Assembly (NCBI GenBank): GCA_031367385.1
Contig: JANLPS010000019.1
Location: forward strand, 1-64,000
Direction: 5' to 3'
Length of the DNA stretch: 64,000 nt
Origin: Archangium sp.
GTDB taxonomy: Bacteria; Myxococcota; Myxococcia; Myxococcales; Myxococcaceae
The notes under the pieces are model-generated. The model was not told the DNA's origin. It did no database searches and worked only from the letters and a program-made list of their open reading frames with translations. Positions within the stretch are counted from its first letter, which is position 1; the number at the start of each line of letters is the position of its first letter. The position numbers and the translations under genes are program-made. Shown one piece after another: positions 37,179 through 47,302 of this stretch.

Positions 37179-40021
37179 AGCGACTCCTGGTGGCGCTGTT
37201 GATGATCACGGGGTGCCGGCCTGGCTCTTCAGGCGCCGAGCCCGACCCGCGGCTGGGCGTGCTCTTCGCGCAAAACGAAGAAGTGAATGCGCTGCCCAAC
37301 GAGGGCTCGGCCAACTTCGTGGTCAGCGACTTCGACGTCGACAGCCGGGGCGCTGTGCACTTCATCGCGGCCTGGGGCCCGACTCGTCAGTTCGGGAGCG
37401 CGACGCCGCACTTCAACAGCTCGAGATATTGGCGGGTGACCAAAGACGGCAAGGTCGAAGAGAAAGCAGGGCCGAAATATGCGTCGGCGGCGACCACTCG
37501 CTTGGCGGTGCAGGTAGGCAGCGATGATCAGCCTTCGGTGGTGCAGTACGACGGGCTGGGTGCGGGCAAGGTCATCTCGTTCTTCGCGTACGACGCGGCC
37601 AGTGACAGCTGGTCTGAGAAGCCCCTCTTCTATTCAGAGCGACCCGACGGCATGACCACCAGGCGCTTCGGCGTGCATGAGCAGGTTCGGGTCTTGGGCG
37701 GCGGCCAGTACGTCGTGCAGCTCGAAAATCGGCTGCTTCACTCGACGACCGATGGGTGGGCCGAGCTCGCCAGACCACCGGGAGCGATCGACCTCAAGCT
37801 GGTGAACGCCGACGACGCCAGCGTGCGCGTGGTGTGGACCGAAGCAGGAAACCGCGTCGGCACCGCGACGTATTCGCGTTCGACCTGGGCGATGGATGCG
37901 AAGCGCACCTTCGCTCGGCTGTCTGGAGTGCCGAAGTTGGGGGACAACTTCAACGTCGCCGGCTCGCCGCAGGCCTTCACCCTCGACCTCGACGTCGACG
38001 CGATTTGGATGACCTACCGTTTCACCGGCACGACGCTGAGCCGGGTCGACACCAACGGCTTGAGCCCGGGCACTCGCGTACCGTTGTTGCTCACCCGCCA
38101 CCCGACGCGCGCGCTCCGTGGGTACACCACCGGCGTCTTCGAGGGCCGTGACGTGGGCAAGGTCGGCACTCTGCAGCCTGGGGTCATCTCGTTGACCTGC
38201 CCCCCAACGAGCGCTCCCGCAACCGACAGCCCGTTTCCCGACACCTCGGAGGCCCGCAAATGCTCGAACCGGCCCGTCGACCTGCGCATGAAGCCCGAGC
38301 CAGATCTGTCAGGCATGGTGCTGGTGACCTTCGATCGCACGCAAGACATCGTGACCCGCGGCTACGTGAAGCACGTGCCTTTTCCTGTGGTGGCAGACCC
38401 GTTCTTCGGCGAGGTGGGCGTGAATACCGGCGCCTTCCCCGGTGATGATGGCGGTACTGACCTCGGCACGACCAACCAATCGGTCGTCACCGGCCGCGTC
38501 GTGCTGGTCGGCCAGGCGGGGCAGTCGGGCGTCACCCTCAAGCTCTTCTCGGCGGGCGACAACCTCAACAGCGAGCCCGTCGACGTCGCTGACGATGGCA
38601 CGTTCACTTCGGGCATCAAGGCCGCCGGCGCCTATCGCCTCGAGGTCACCTGCTCAGGCTTCGTGTCTCAGACCATCGCCGTCACGGTGACGCAGGGCCC
38701 GAGCAACGTGGGCACCCTCGTGCTCGATGCGCAGGGCATTCTCGAAGTGCCCTTCGACCCTGCGGCCCAGACGCTGGGGGTCACCCTCTCGGGCAGAGTG
38801 TTTCAACTGAGCGGAGGAACGATGACCATGGTCACTCCTTCAGCGCTGGCCAGAAAAGTGGTGGGCACCAACGTCTCAGCGACTCCGGCGCCGATCTTCA
38901 CCACCGCCACGCAGCTCGACGAGGCGATGATCGGCTGGGTCTCTGGCGGAGTGCCCCAATACATCGCGCCTGGGTACGACTTCGCCACCGCCAACTCAGG
39001 GGTCTCGCTCAATGACTTCAGGTTGATGGGCGCCAGCGCACCGGTCGTCGCCACAGGGCCGATCGACGGGGTGACACCGCGAGATTGGAAGCAGCAAGGA
39101 ATGACCCTGGTCAGTGCTGCAGTCGACGTCGCGTACGCCGCGTCGAACTCGAATTGCACCGGTTTGTACAAGTGGGTCGTCGACACCGCCGGTGATGGCG
39201 GCATTCGAGGCCTGTACCGAGTCAACTGCGCCAGTGGTGCTTTCGCGCCCTTGGTGGGCGACCTGCCGACGCCGCCGCTCAACGTGGTGCCCAGCGAATA
39301 TCGGGTGACCGTGCTCGAGGGCACCTCGTGCGGAGAAGCCGGCGGCTACCTGAACCCCTGCAAGCTGTTCGTGATGACCAACGGCACCTCGCTGCTGACC
39401 TCGAGCAAGGCCGTCGATTACCGGCCGCCTCTGATCGAGCGGGTGGGCAGCGTCGGCACGGCGTACACCGCCACCGGGGCCCTCGCCGGCAGCAACCTCG
39501 CGTTGCCCTCGCGCTACGCGATTGGTGAACGGCCTGCCTACGCGCTGAGCGGAGGGCCGATGCTGATTCGAACCACCACCGGGTTCACTTTTCTCTCGCC
39601 GCCGCAAGCGCCGCTTGAAATCGCGGCGAATGTGATTCGCAGCTTCGAAGCGCCGGGCGGCGTGGCGTTCTATTCGGCCGCGGCGGGCGCGACCGACTGC
39701 TCGGCGGGCTGCACGCTCGAGCTGTTGACCTCGCGCTTCAATCAGCCGCCCCTGCGCACCCATGTGCTCGAGAACGCGACTGGCGACGAGACGGCGGTGT
39801 TTTCGGTCACGGGGTGGGTGGCCTATTCGACGCGTACCTGGCCTGAATGCCCAGACGCTCCGTGCCCGGTCGTCACGGTGTCATTGCCTGATGCAGGGAG
39901 CCGAGCGCTCACCCGCGGCGCGATGGCAGCGTTGCCAGTGCTCCCAGCGATGAAGCCGGCGATTTTTCTGCGCTTCAACCCCGACGGTGGGGCCGCGGTG
40001 CCTTCGACGTACAGGCCCTAG
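37175..40021 (+). CDS. Large beta-rich lipoprotein with a central carboxypeptidase-regulatory-like domain
   Basis: Lipobox ITGC; VTGRV…GVTLKL…DDGTF…GAYRLEVTCSGF; ATGA overlap. Confidence 0.78.
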   Translation: MKRLLVALLMITGCRPGSSGAEPDPRLGVLFAQNEEVNALPNEGSANFVVSDFDVDSRGAVHFIAAWGPTRQFGSATPHFNSSRYWRVTKDGKVEEKAGPKYASAATTRLAVQVGSDDQPSVVQYDGLGAGKVISFFAYDAASDSWSEKPLFYSERPDGMTTRRFGVHEQVRVLGGGQYVVQLENRLLHSTTDGWAELARPPGAIDLKLVNADDASVRVVWTEAGNRVGTATYSRSTWAMDAKRTFARLSGVPKLGDNFNVAGSPQAFTLDLDVDAIWMTYRFTGTTLSRVDTNGLSPGTRVPLLLTRHPTRALRGYTTGVFEGRDVGKVGTLQPGVISLTCPPTSAPATDSPFPDTSEARKCSNRPVDLRMKPEPDLSGMVLVTFDRTQDIVTRGYVKHVPFPVVADPFFGEVGVNTGAFPGDDGGTDLGTTNQSVVTGRVVLVGQAGQSGVTLKLFSAGDNLNSEPVDVADDGTFTSGIKAAGAYRLEVTCSGFVSQTIAVTVTQGPSNVGTLVLDAQGILEVPFDPAAQTLGVTLSGRVFQLSGGTMTMVTPSALARKVVGTNVSATPAPIFTTATQLDEAMIGWVSGGVPQYIAPGYDFATANSGVSLNDFRLMGASAPVVATGPIDGVTPRDWKQQGMTLVSAAVDVAYAASNSNCTGLYKWVVDTAGDGGIRGLYRVNCASGAFAPLVGDLPTPPLNVVPSEYRVTVLEGTSCGEAGGYLNPCKLFVMTNGTSLLTSSKAVDYRPPLIERVGSVGTAYTATGALAGSNLALPSRYAIGERPAYALSGGPMLIRTTTGFTFLSPPQAPLEIAANVIRSFEAPGGVAFYSAAAGATDCSAGCTLELLTSRFNQPPLRTHVLENATGDETAVFSVTGWVAYSTRTWPECPDAPCPVVTVSLPDAGSRALTRGAMAALPVLPAMKPAIFLRFNPDGGAAVPSTYRP

Positions 40022-40041
40022 GGTATGAGCCTGTCTTCTGC

Positions 40042-40060
40042 GGCCACTCGAGGGGTGGCC
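40042..40060. terminator. GC hairpin after the lipoprotein operon
   Basis: GGCCACTC-GAG-GGGTGGCC stem-loop; no U-tract. Confidence 0.3.
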
Positions 40061-40069
40061 CATTGGTGA

Positions 40070-40098
40070 TTGACAGCCCCCGTCGCAGCCCCTAAGCG
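40070..40098 (+). promoter_or_regulatory. Candidate sigma70 promoter of atpG
   Basis: Perfect TTGACA, 17-bp spacer, then TAAGCG ending 10 nt before the ATG. Confidence 0.5.
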
Positions 40099-40108
40099 CG
40101 CACTGGCC

Positions 40109-40984
<876 letters not shown>

Positions 40985-41037
40985 TTTAGAACGCGGTTCG
41001 ACGACGGGCGGGCCAAAAGCCGTTACGCTGCAGGCTC

Positions 41038-42543
41038 ATGTCTCGCGATTCGACTTTCGTTGGTGAGCCGCCCCGCGGTGATGAGCGGCGCGAAGAGAAG
41101 TCAAAGGTCGCTTCTCCGCTGGCACCGATGCCGCAGAAGCGCCCGAACGCGATACCAGCGGCAGGAGGCAACCGGCCGCCTACGGGGGCTCCACCGCGAA
41201 GCCAGGCGGCGCCGCCTCGAAGCGCAGCCCCTCCGGGCCGTTCTGCCAACCCCGCGCCCCGGGCTGAGAAGAAGCCTCGGTTCTTCCCCCATCAGCCGCG
41301 GTCGGTGTCTGAGACGGGGCTCTCGCAATCGCTCATCGAAGAGCTGGTGCTCAAGGCGCTCTTCTTCGCCGGTGAGCTGCGCGGAGCGGAAATCGCCCAT
41401 CGGATCAAGCTGCCCCAGCTGATCGTCGACGAGATCATCGAAGGGTTGCGGCGCTCGAAGTACGTCGACTTGAAGGGCGGCGCCGGCATGGGCGTCGGCA
41501 AGTCGGGCATGATCTACACGCTCACCACCTTCGCCACCGACCTGATGCGGCAGATTCTCGATCGCAACCGGTACAACGGGCCCGCGCCGGTGCCGATGAA
41601 TGACTGGTTCGAGGCGGTGAAGCACCAGACCGTGCGCGGCATTCGCATCGATCGCACGCGCATGGAGGCCAACTTCGGCGACCTGATCGTGAAGGACTAC
41701 ATCTTCGACGGCCTCGGGCCGGCGATGAACTCAGGGCGGGCGATCTTCTTTTACGGGCCTCCGGGCAACGGCAAGACCGCGCTCTGTCAGTCGCTGGTGC
41801 AGTGCTACGAGGGCGACATCTGGGTGCCGCACGCGCTCATCGTCGATGACTTCATCATTCGCTTTTACGACTCGACGATTCACAAGCCGATCGAAGACGA
41901 CAACTCTGGCAACGCGCCCGATTCGCGGTGGGTGCGGGTGCGGCGGCCGTTGGTGGTGGTGGGCGGCGAGCTCACGCTGCAGACGCTCGATTTGATCTAC
42001 TCGCCCGACGTGAAGTTCTACGAGGCGCCATTTCAGCTCAAGGCGACGAACGGCATGTTGTTGATCGACGACTTCGGCCGTCAGCAGATCAGCCCCAAAG
42101 ACCTCCTGAACCGGTGGATCGTGCCGCTCGAGAGCGACGTCGATTACCTGACCCTGCACACCGGCAAAAAGCTGCAGGTGCCGTTCAACGTGTTCGTGGC
42201 GTTCTCGACCAACTTAGACCCAGCGGCCCTGGTTGACGACGCGTTCTTGCGGCGGGTTCGCTACAAGCTGGCGGTCGAGCCTCCTGACGACGCGCAATTT
42301 CACCAAATCTGGGAGTCGGTCTGCCGCAAGAAGCAGGTGGCCTACGACGAAGAGGCGATCAACTGGTTGATCGACGCGCATTACCGGCCAGTGAACCGGC
42401 CCTACGCAGCGTGCCAGCCTCGTGACTTGCTCGATCAGGTCATCGACATCGCGCACTATCGAAACGAAGCGCCGCAGCTCAGTGAAGAGCTGCTCGACGG
42501 CGCCGCGCGCAACTACTTCGTGCGCTTCGACAAGAACGAGTGA
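41038..42543 (+). CDS. AAA+ family ATPase with N-terminal HTH-like segment
   Basis: Walker A GPPGNGKT, Walker B LLIDDFGRQ, FSTNL, DAFLRR; Pro-rich N-terminus. Confidence 0.85.
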   Translation: MSRDSTFVGEPPRGDERREEKSKVASPLAPMPQKRPNAIPAAGGNRPPTGAPPRSQAAPPRSAAPPGRSANPAPRAEKKPRFFPHQPRSVSETGLSQSLIEELVLKALFFAGELRGAEIAHRIKLPQLIVDEIIEGLRRSKYVDLKGGAGMGVGKSGMIYTLTTFATDLMRQILDRNRYNGPAPVPMNDWFEAVKHQTVRGIRIDRTRMEANFGDLIVKDYIFDGLGPAMNSGRAIFFYGPPGNGKTALCQSLVQCYEGDIWVPHALIVDDFIIRFYDSTIHKPIEDDNSGNAPDSRWVRVRRPLVVVGGELTLQTLDLIYSPDVKFYEAPFQLKATNGMLLIDDFGRQQISPKDLLNRWIVPLESDVDYLTLHTGKKLQVPFNVFVAFSTNLDPAALVDDAFLRRVRYKLAVEPPDDAQFHQIWESVCRKKQVAYDEEAINWLIDAHYRPVNRPYAACQPRDLLDQVIDIAHYRNEAPQLSEELLDGAARNYFVRFDKNE

Positions 42544-43392
42544 TCAGGTCTTGCTGAGCACTTTGCGAATGCTCAAGTCGAGGTCGCCGGTGAGCACGGG
42601 GAGCAGGTCATCGAGGGTGCTCGCGCCGATCGACAGCCGCTCGGCCAACAAGCGCCGCGTCTCTTTGAGGAGCTTGGCGCGAATCGCAGAGAGCCATCGA
42701 GCGGCGGTGCTGCGGCCGATGTCTTGAACCCGGGCGATGCGGTCGAGGCCCATGCCTTCGACGACGTGCAAGCGCAGCAGGGCTCGTTCTTTCGGGTCGA
42801 GCCCGAGCAACACTTCGCGAAACACCTCGTTGAACACCCCGCGCGAGTTGTTGCGCAGCACCTCGAGCTCGGGGTCGGCCAGCGGCGGCGTGGCGACATC
42901 GGCGACGACTTCGCGCTTTCGACGGCGATCGCCTTCACGGCGGGCGTTGAGGCCGGCGCGAACGGCGGTGGCGGCGAGCCAGCCTCCGAGTGAGCCACGG
43001 CCGGAGTATTCGACCAGCCGCGGGGTCTCGCCGACCAGCAACCGGCTCTGGAGGTCGAGGGTCAAGTCGACTGCGTTGACGCTGCCACGGTGGCGCTGTT
43101 CGATGCGCTCGCACTCCCGGCGAAGGCGAAGCTCGAGCTCGGTGACGGCCGCGGAGTCGTGCGCGAGCGCGGCGTGGGCCAGGTAGAGGTCGGCGACGGG
43201 GGCTTCATCGAGCTCGTCGTGTGCGAAGCGTTCACCAAGAAATTGAGCGAAGTCGTGCGGGTCGACGCGAAAGCGGGGCCAGGCCTCTTTGCCTCGGGCG
43301 AGGTGGGTGGTGAGCAGCGCTTCGGTGAGGCCGGGCGGCGTCTTCGTGGCCTTTCGGCCGAGGAGAAACGCGCTGACGAGAGTGTCGGTCAC
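42544..43392 (-). CDS. ECF-type sigma-70 factor of the Myxococcales family (GTG start inferred)
   Basis: ADLYLAHA, RLVEYSGRGSLGGWL…AVR, DPEL, and region-4 HTH LDPKERALLRLH…GLDRIA…RSTAARWL. Confidence 0.75.
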   Translation of the reverse strand: MTDTLVSAFLLGRKATKTPPGLTEALLTTHLARGKEAWPRFRVDPHDFAQFLGERFAHDELDEAPVADLYLAHAALAHDSAAVTELELRLRRECERIEQRHRGSVNAVDLTLDLQSRLLVGETPRLVEYSGRGSLGGWLAATAVRAGLNARREGDRRRKREVVADVATPPLADPELEVLRNNSRGVFNEVFREVLLGLDPKERALLRLHVVEGMGLDRIARVQDIGRSTAARWLSAIRAKLLKETRRLLAERLSIGASTLDDLLPVLTGDLDLSIRKVLSKT

Positions 43393-43488
43393 GGGGAGCC
43401 TTGATGGTACTCGGTTCTTCGGCTGAAGCGGAGAGGACAGTCTGTGCGGTGCGTGCCGAGGGACTCTGGCTCGGCAGACTCGCGGAAG

Positions 43489-43631
43489 CCGTTCGTGCTG
43501 AGCGACTCGAAGCACCCTTCAGGTACCGGCGACGGTCGCGTGACCCGGGCTTCACCCTTCGAGAACCTCAGGATGAGCGGCCAGATTCGCACCCACTCCG
43601 TTCGCTCCTTCGAGCGCCTCAGGGTGAGCGG
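43489..43631. repeat. REP-like palindromic element (copy 2 plus a partial copy 3)
   Basis: CCGTTCGTGCTGAG…TCGAAG…CCTTCGAGAACCTCAGGATGAGCGG, then CCGTTCGCTCCTTCGAGCGCCTCAGGGTGAGCGG; same family as 6881-6956. Confidence 0.8.
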
Positions 43632-46600
43632 CCCAGCCACCCACGCAACACCCGCAGCGCCATGCGCACATGCTCGAAGCGCTGCGCCAGCGACCCCAGC
43701 TCCGACGGAGCCGTCACCGACTCGACCCGCGCCGCCGCCGCCTCTCGCCAGGCCTTCGCCTCGTCGACCTGCCCCGTCTTCTCGAGCCGCCGTGCCTCCG
43801 CGTACTGCAGCTGCGCGCGGTACACCTCCAACGCCGAGAGAAACCCGAGGTCGGTTGGCGCCAGCAACGGCTTGCTCGCCTCGAAATCGTCAACCGCCGT
43901 CGCGTCTTTGCGCATCGCCTTCAACGTGCCCCGCGCGCCGAGGGCCAGCGCGGCATGCCGCTTGTCGCCCACCAACTGAAACAGCCCCAGCGCCTCGTCG
44001 AGCAGCTCAGCCGCCTGAGGCAGCGACGCCTGCTCCATCATCAACAGCGCCTGGTTCAAGAGACACACGCCCTCGAAGCGCCGGTTGCCCACCTCGCGAT
44101 GAATGCCGATGGCGCGCCGGTAGAGCACCACGGCCAGATCATTCGCCTCTCGGTCTCGCTCGAGGTCAGCCAGGTTGGTGACCGCGATGCCCTCGCTGCG
44201 GCGATTGCCGACCTCGCGGTGCACCGCGATCGCCTGAGTGCAGCTCTGCTCCGCCGCCTCCCAATCTCCGTTCGCCTGCTGCAGCACCGCCAAATTCGTG
44301 AGCGTCACGCCTTCGAAGCGGCGGTCGCCGGAGAGGCGGTGCAGCCGCAAGGCCTCGGCTCCGAGCCTCGCAGCATGTTCGCTGCCTTGCTCCTGGGCGA
44401 TCGCGCTCAAATTCGCGATCACCCGGCCGCGCATGCGGGTGTCATCGGCCTGCTCGAGCAGCGTGAGGGCCCGCTCGTACAGCCCCGTGGCGATGGGCAG
44501 CGCGCCTTCTTGCTTTCTCACTGACGCCAGGTACGCCAGCGCCCGGCCCGCGGGGCCCGCCTCGAGCGGCTGCGCCATCAGCTCTTCTAAATCAGCCGCG
44601 GCGTCTGCCAACCGCCCCCGCGAGAACAGCACCCGCGCCCGCGCCTCGAGCGCCGGAGCCCGCTCCTCGGGGGTCTTCAACTTGCTCAACACCGAATCGA
44701 GCATCGCGAGGTGAGCGCCGTACGGCCCCCGAACGACGAACATCGCATCGAGCGCGAGCAACACCCGCAGCGCCTGCTTCGGGCCATCACCCGGTCGCCC
44801 GAGCCAGTGCTCCCAGGCGCGGGCCAGGTTCTCTCGCTCGACCGACAGCACATCGAGCACCGACGCGCCCTTCTCTGCTTCGGGCCCGAGGCGCTCACCA
44901 AGCGCCAGGTAGTGCTCGGCGTGCCGCAGCCGTGCCGGCGCCTCGTGATGCGGCAATCGGCTCACCAAGCGCGACCGAATCGCCTCGTACATGCCGTAGC
45001 GAGGCAACCGTGACTTGGGCGAGAACCCCACTCGCACGAGTGACTTCGCCCGAAGTTGGTGAAGCACTTTGAGCACCTGATCTGGGTGGGCGAGCGAGGG
45101 GTCGGGGCTCCAGCGAATCACGTTGATCGCTGCGTCAGCGGTGAAGCCGCCCGAGAAGACGGCGCATTGCACCAGCGCCGAGCGCTCCTCGTCACTCAGC
45201 CGCGACCAGGTGGTGTCGAAGGCCGCGTCGATAGGCACGAACCCGTTCGAGCCACCTGACATCGATTGATCTTCGGCCGCGCTGAGCGACTCGAGCGGGG
45301 CCTGCGCCATCTGCGCCGCCGCGAGCTCAATCGCGAGGGGTATGCCCTCGAGGCGCCGAACCAATTTTCGCACCAGCTCCCGCGCCGATCGCGAGGTGGG
45401 GAAGCGTGGGTTGAGCGCCGTGGCCCGCTCGAAGAACAACACCATCGCGTCACTGTCGGTCTGGCCCTGTGAATCGAGCGGCAGGGGCGTGACCTCGTAC
45501 GAGCGTTCTGACTGGTTGCCGAGGGCGACCTGCGAGCACACCAGAAACGACGCGTCTTTCGCGATTCGCAGCCACTCGGTCATCGCCAGGTCGAGCGCCA
45601 GCGGCAGCACCTCGGCGTGATCGATGACCAGCAAGCACTCGCGCCTCGAGGCGAGCACGTGCCCGATCGAATCGACCGGAGCCCCCGCGGCCGGCAACGC
45701 GACCCCCAGCGCATCGGCGATCGACAGACACACGTCTTCGATGCCGCGCGCACCAGTCAAATCGGCGAGCCACACCCGGCCTCGAAACCGCGAGACCTGT
45801 TGCCGCGACACCTCTCGCGCCAGCCGTGATTTGCCGACGCCCCCCGGCCCCACCAGGGTGATCAACCGCGAGCCGTAGCCAATCAGCTGATGCAGATCAG
45901 CAAGCTCAGCGGCGCGGCCGATCAACCGATGCTCGTCATCTGGCAGCTGCGCGGGCGCGTCGCGTTCAGCCGAGAGATCATTCGCTCGCGCGATCTTCTG
46001 ACCATGCGCGCTGCGGGCCTTCGCCAACGCGCTGGGGCCATCGGGCGAAGTGGCTTCGCGCTCGAGCGAGTGCGCGGTGTCGTGCGCGGTCGGCTCTTCA
46101 TCTGAGGTCAACCCGACGACCTGCCCCGCTTGAGGGAAGAGCACCCGCATCAGCTCGGCGATCGCCTCGGCCCCCGAGGGCAGCCCGAGCCGGCCCACTT
46201 CGGTGTCGATCGCCTCGACCAGCTCAGCGCCGCGAGAGAAGCGGTCTTCTGGTTTACGGGCGAGGGCCTTGAGCACGAGCGCGTCGACCTCGGCCGGCAC
46301 GTCGAGGCGGTACAACGAGGGCGGAGGCACCTGCCCCGCGAACACCCGCTGCAGCGTCTGCGCCTCGGTTTCGCCGCGAAAGAGGCGGCGGGTCGTGAGC
46401 GCCTCCCAGAGGCACACGCCGAGCGCGAAGAGATCGCTGCGCCCATCGACTACGCGCCCCTGCGCTTGTTCGAGCGACATGTACGCGAGCTTGCCCTTGA
46501 GGGTGCCAGGCACGGTGCGCATCAAGCTCTGCTCAGCGCGCGCGACGCCGAAGTCGATCAACTTCACCTCGCCCTTGCGCGAGAGCAGCACATTGTGCGG

Positions 46601-47182
46601 CGTCACGTCGCGGTGCACCAACCCGAGCGGGAGCCCTTCAGCGTCGAGCGCGTGATGCGCGTAGTCGAGCGCGCTGGCCAGGGCCGAGCCGATCGCCAGC
46701 ACCACCTCGAGCTTGGGAGACAGCCGCGCCTCGAGCACCCGCCGCATCACCTCGAAGAGGCTGGCGCCTTCGACGTACTCCATGCGTACGAACCACTCGC
46801 CGTCGACCTCGCCCAGCTCATCGATGCGAACGATGTTCGGGTGCCGCAGCCGCGCCGCGATGCGCGTCTCGTCGAGAAACGCGTGCAGCATGTCGGGGTT
46901 GTCGAGCAGGCTGCCCAAGATGCGCTTGAGCACGACCGGCCGCTCTGACGGGCCGCGCGCCAAGAAAACCTCGCCCATGCCGCCGCGCCCCAAGAGGTTG
47001 ATCAACTTGTAAGGGCCGAAGCGGGTTCGGTTGCCGTGCTGCTCTGACAGCTCGTTGAAGACGGCGGCGCACTCATCGCAGTCGCTGATGTGCAGCCAGG
47101 CCGCAGCCTCGTCGGCGCGGCCCAGCCGCTGCTCGAGAATGGCCCCGAGTTGATCCTCTGTCAGACAGTCTTGGCGGATCAT
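43619..47182 (-). CDS. Multidomain signalling protein: ZAS-like zinc finger, Ser/Thr kinase, STAND-type P-loop ATPase and TPR repeats
   Basis: HISDCDEC; GRGGMG, HRDVTPHN, DFGVAR, GKLAYMSLEQ; GPGGVGKS, LEGIPLAIELAAA; repeats such as HREVGNRR.EG..L.NLA. Confidence 0.9.
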   Translation of the reverse strand: MIRQDCLTEDQLGAILEQRLGRADEAAAWLHISDCDECAAVFNELSEQHGNRTRFGPYKLINLLGRGGMGEVFLARGPSERPVVLKRILGSLLDNPDMLHAFLDETRIAARLRHPNIVRIDELGEVDGEWFVRMEYVEGASLFEVMRRVLEARLSPKLEVVLAIGSALASALDYAHHALDAEGLPLGLVHRDVTPHNVLLSRKGEVKLIDFGVARAEQSLMRTVPGTLKGKLAYMSLEQAQGRVVDGRSDLFALGVCLWEALTTRRLFRGETEAQTLQRVFAGQVPPPSLYRLDVPAEVDALVLKALARKPEDRFSRGAELVEAIDTEVGRLGLPSGAEAIAELMRVLFPQAGQVVGLTSDEEPTAHDTAHSLEREATSPDGPSALAKARSAHGQKIARANDLSAERDAPAQLPDDEHRLIGRAAELADLHQLIGYGSRLITLVGPGGVGKSRLAREVSRQQVSRFRGRVWLADLTGARGIEDVCLSIADALGVALPAAGAPVDSIGHVLASRRECLLVIDHAEVLPLALDLAMTEWLRIAKDASFLVCSQVALGNQSERSYEVTPLPLDSQGQTDSDAMVLFFERATALNPRFPTSRSARELVRKLVRRLEGIPLAIELAAAQMAQAPLESLSAAEDQSMSGGSNGFVPIDAAFDTTWSRLSDEERSALVQCAVFSGGFTADAAINVIRWSPDPSLAHPDQVLKVLHQLRAKSLVRVGFSPKSRLPRYGMYEAIRSRLVSRLPHHEAPARLRHAEHYLALGERLGPEAEKGASVLDVLSVERENLARAWEHWLGRPGDGPKQALRVLLALDAMFVVRGPYGAHLAMLDSVLSKLKTPEERAPALEARARVLFSRGRLADAAADLEELMAQPLEAGPAGRALAYLASVRKQEGALPIATGLYERALTLLEQADDTRMRGRVIANLSAIAQEQGSEHAARLGAEALRLHRLSGDRRFEGVTLTNLAVLQQANGDWEAAEQSCTQAIAVHREVGNRRSEGIAVTNLADLERDREANDLAVVLYRRAIGIHREVGNRRFEGVCLLNQALLMMEQASLPQAAELLDEALGLFQLVGDKRHAALALGARGTLKAMRKDATAVDDFEASKPLLAPTDLGFLSALEVYRAQLQYAEARRLEKTGQVDEAKAWREAAAARVESVTAPSELGSLAQRFEHVRMALRVLRGWLGRSP

Positions 47183-47256
47183 CAGGCGAAAACCCACGCA
47201 ATCATTGGCTGTAGGCGGGTGTGCGCACGCCTGAGAATTATCTTTTTCTGAGAAGG

Positions 47257-47283
47257 TAACAAAGGCGGGCAGGCTGACGATAA
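47257..47283 (+). promoter_or_regulatory. Candidate sigma28 (FliA/WhiG-type) promoter
   Basis: TAAC-N15-GACGATAA versus consensus TAAA-N15-GCCGATAA; followed by GGAGG RBS and ATG 47303. Confidence 0.5.
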
Positions 47284-47302
47284 CGCCATTGGAGGCTAGC
47301 GC

